Assembly (NCBI GenBank): GCA_003971905.1
Contig: RSEE01000081.1
Coordinates: 1-64,000 of the forward strand
Direction of reading: 5' to 3'
Source of the DNA: Moniliella sp. 'wahieum'
Taxonomy: Eukaryota
DNA length: 64,000 bases
Shown: piece after piece, positions 61,506 through 64,000 of the stretch
Layout: each line of letters starts with the position of its first letter
Numbering within the stretch: position 1 is the first letter of the stretch
Program-made: the position numbers and the translations under genes
The notes under the pieces: generated by a model
What the model saw: only the letters and a program-made list of their open reading frames with translations
The model's database searches: none
What the model was told of the DNA's origin: nothing

Positions 61506-62877
61506 GGTGGGGAGCGCGGGGGGGGCAGGCGGGAGGACCGGGCAGGGCAAGGCAGCACAAAGCGCGTCGAACGTCGATAGGAGCAGTGCGTGGTGCGGGA
61601 GAATTTTTGCCTGGGACGCTGATCGCAGAGTTGAGACCACTCGCACGGCCAACGCCAACGTGAACTCCGAGAAAGCGATGGCCCGTGCAGTGGCCCCGTG
61701 CGGGCAAACGCACCTGCTTGGGTAAGCAGCCGTCATCACCATCGAACCCGTCGGTAATCAATTAATCACCACTGCCCTTGGACGGATGGATGGACACGAG
61801 CACGGGACACGGCCGCCGCCAAGCACACACCGCCACGCACCGCTCCTGCGCCCCAATCGCTATCATCAGGTCCTATCTCAAGGTGCACGGCGTCAAGTTT
61901 GCTTCGCCCCTGTCTTCGTCTCCTCGGCCCTCTCCAGCGCATACACTGCCCTCCAGAAAACCATCCGTTTGTCATCCGTGTCGGTGATTAATTCCTTGGT
62001 CGTTGCAGGACATAGATACCGCCAGCTCGGGACCCTCCGACACAAGAACTTTGATACGACCTCTTTTGGAGCGAATGCAGCGGTAGGGAGCGTGCGTCCT
62101 GATGATCCACATTCTGTCACGTTCGGAAGGACATTGATATGCAGGAGAGCAGACCACTGGTAGCGCGGCAAGGTGTTGTTCCTAGAACCCTGAGTACGAC
62201 AGAAGAAAGGGGGCTATGAAGCAACAGGATTAACAGGATTGCAGTCATGAAAAAGGAGACTGTTGACTGAATATTGAGAGGTGCGTCCCCAGTGGCTGGC
62301 TGCCTGCCAGAATCCTAGCAAGCAGGGGGTCTGCTTTCAACTTGAACACAAAGGGGCTAGCTAGAAGCGCAGGTGTGTGCGGCGGGATGCTACAAAAGCC
62401 ATGGGCGGCAGAAAGGCAGGGTGAGCTGACCCGCGTCAGGCGTCAGGGGGGGGTCAGCTACGCACAGTGCGAGGCGCCTGGCGCGTGCAGAGCCCTGGCC
62501 GCGGTGATGGATGAGACGGATGAGCGGAAGAGGGCAGGGGCAGAATATGGAAGGACCAGCAGGACCTCGGTTCGTGCAAAACGGCAAGCGGATGATCATC
62601 AGGCGAGATGGGGGGGGTGGCGCGACAGACTGGCAGATGGTCGAGTGGGCCCAGGCAGAGGCATCTGCCTGGCCAACACGCGGTGGAGGACGAAAAAAAC
62701 CCAGCCGGCCGAGAAAAGCGATTTGAGTTTGGGGTGCGCAGCCGGTTCTGGCCGATGCGGCGCGGTGCGCGGTGCGGCGGGCTGCCGGCCAGGGCCGGGA
62801 TGGGCGCGGGGGCAGTGTCGGGCGGCGGCGGCGGCGGCGCGTGAGGTGGGATTCTGGTTTGGGCGGGATTTCGGCGG

Positions 62878-62939
62878 GGATTGGGTGGGAATTGGGTGGG
62901 AATTGGGTGGGAATTGGGTGGGAATTGGGTGGGAATGGG
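62878..62939 (+). repeat. (GGGTGGGAATT)x~5 11-bp tandem repeat, G-quadruplex-prone
   Basis: More than 10 GGG tracts with 1-4 nt loops. Confidence 0.9.
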
Positions 62940-63081
62940 TCGGGCGGGGGCGTGTGCGGTGTTCCCAGGCATTCGCCAGAATCGGGGCGGCAGACGCAAA
63001 CGCAAACCCCACTCCTGGCCCGAGCGCGGTGGCCTCCGCCTCGACCGGCCAACCACCGTCGCTGCTGCTGCGCCCACCGCC

Positions 63082-64000
63082 ATGTCCACCGCCCCGCCGC
63101 CGCCGCCAGCGCCCTCCCCCTCCCCCGGCGATGCGGTCGGTGTGCTGCGAGCACGCCTCCACGCCCTCGACGCCGCCCTGGCCCACGTCGCCCCCTCGCC
63201 ACCGCCCTGGCCGACCCCCACCGCCGGCGCCGCTCCCAGCGTGCGTCCGCAGCCCCTCCCGCCCGCCTCCTCCTCTCCCGCCCCCGCCGCCTATGTCCGC
63301 CCCACCCTCGCCCCCGACGGCCCCGTCGGCCTGCCCCTCTCCGCCTTCCCGGCCAGAGCCCCATCCGAGGGACAATCCGGCCGGCACCCGCCGCCTCTTC
63401 CCTTCCTATGCTGCTGCCCGTGCTGCGCTGGCCAAGCAAACTGCTGCGCTCACTGCCGAGCGCGAGCACGTGCGTCAACTGGTCATCGAACACGCCTCCG
63501 CCGCGCTGCGCTCGGCGCTAGGTCTGGCTGCTGGGCCACAGCAGGACGGCGAGCCCCTGCTTGACCTCGATTTGGACCGCAAGACCGAGGATGGCCTGCC
63601 GTTTGTCGACCCGGTAGAGCGCCTGCCCGAGGAGGAGGAGGATAAAACAGCCGGTGCCGGTGCCGGTGCCGGTGCCGGTGCCGGATCGGACGACAAGATC
63701 CCCCTTTCTGCCTGGTCACATCTCCAGGGCGGCGCGGCGACGATCGCACCCTTTACGCCGCAACGGGTGGATGCCGAGGAGCGGCGCAAGTGGATTGACC
63801 AGATGTTTGCCCAAGCCGGGCTCGACGAGGACGATACGTCTTCGCCCCCAGCACAGTCCGAGACGGATGTGGCAACGTCACCAGACAAGCCTGTGTCTGC
63901 TGCTTCGACGTCTACTTCTGCTCCTGCTTCTGCCTCTGCCCCTGCCTCTGCCTCTTCTTCTGCTTCTGCTTCTGCTTCTGCTTCTGCTTCTGCTTCTGCT
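63082..64000 (+). CDS. 5' part of a protein, possibly URI/Bud27 prefoldin-like; runs off the window in a Ser-Ala repeat
   Basis: MSTAPPP...VLRARLHALDAAL coiled coil, then TEDGLPFVDPVERLPEEEE resembling the Bud27 EEGLP motif; (GCTTCT)n at ~63915-64000. Confidence 0.35.

Overview
GC-rich fungal genomic DNA, probably basidiomycete (inferred from gene style and short GT-AG introns with CTRAC branch points; not certain). Almost every conserved gene carries indels every few hundred bases, which points to an unpolished long-read consensus, so CDS boundaries are approximate and frameshifts are not called pseudogenes. The left ~6.7 kb is repeat-derived: a 40-bp tandem array running off the window edge, a possible second-element end, a minus-strand Ty3/gypsy element (5' LTR, Tf1-type self-priming PBS, gag, protease, RT, cut off before RNase H and integrase), and a related solo LTR. 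The most unusual feature is a eukaryotic-type 5-oxoprolinase split at the hydantoinase A/B linker into two head-to-head genes sharing ~420 bp. The rest holds TEL2, DSK2, tRNA-Glu, PEX19, an OPT transporter, an F-box gene, PRP38, NAD(P)HX epimerase, tRNA-Ser, ERV2, a possible FAR1/MULE-type DNA-binding gene, endonuclease V, a GH5 EGCrP-type glycosidase, a dicarboxylate carrier and several unassigned ORFs. Intergenic DNA shows recurrent 7-bp 'palindrome+1' microsatellites and TpA-rich, RIP-like patches.
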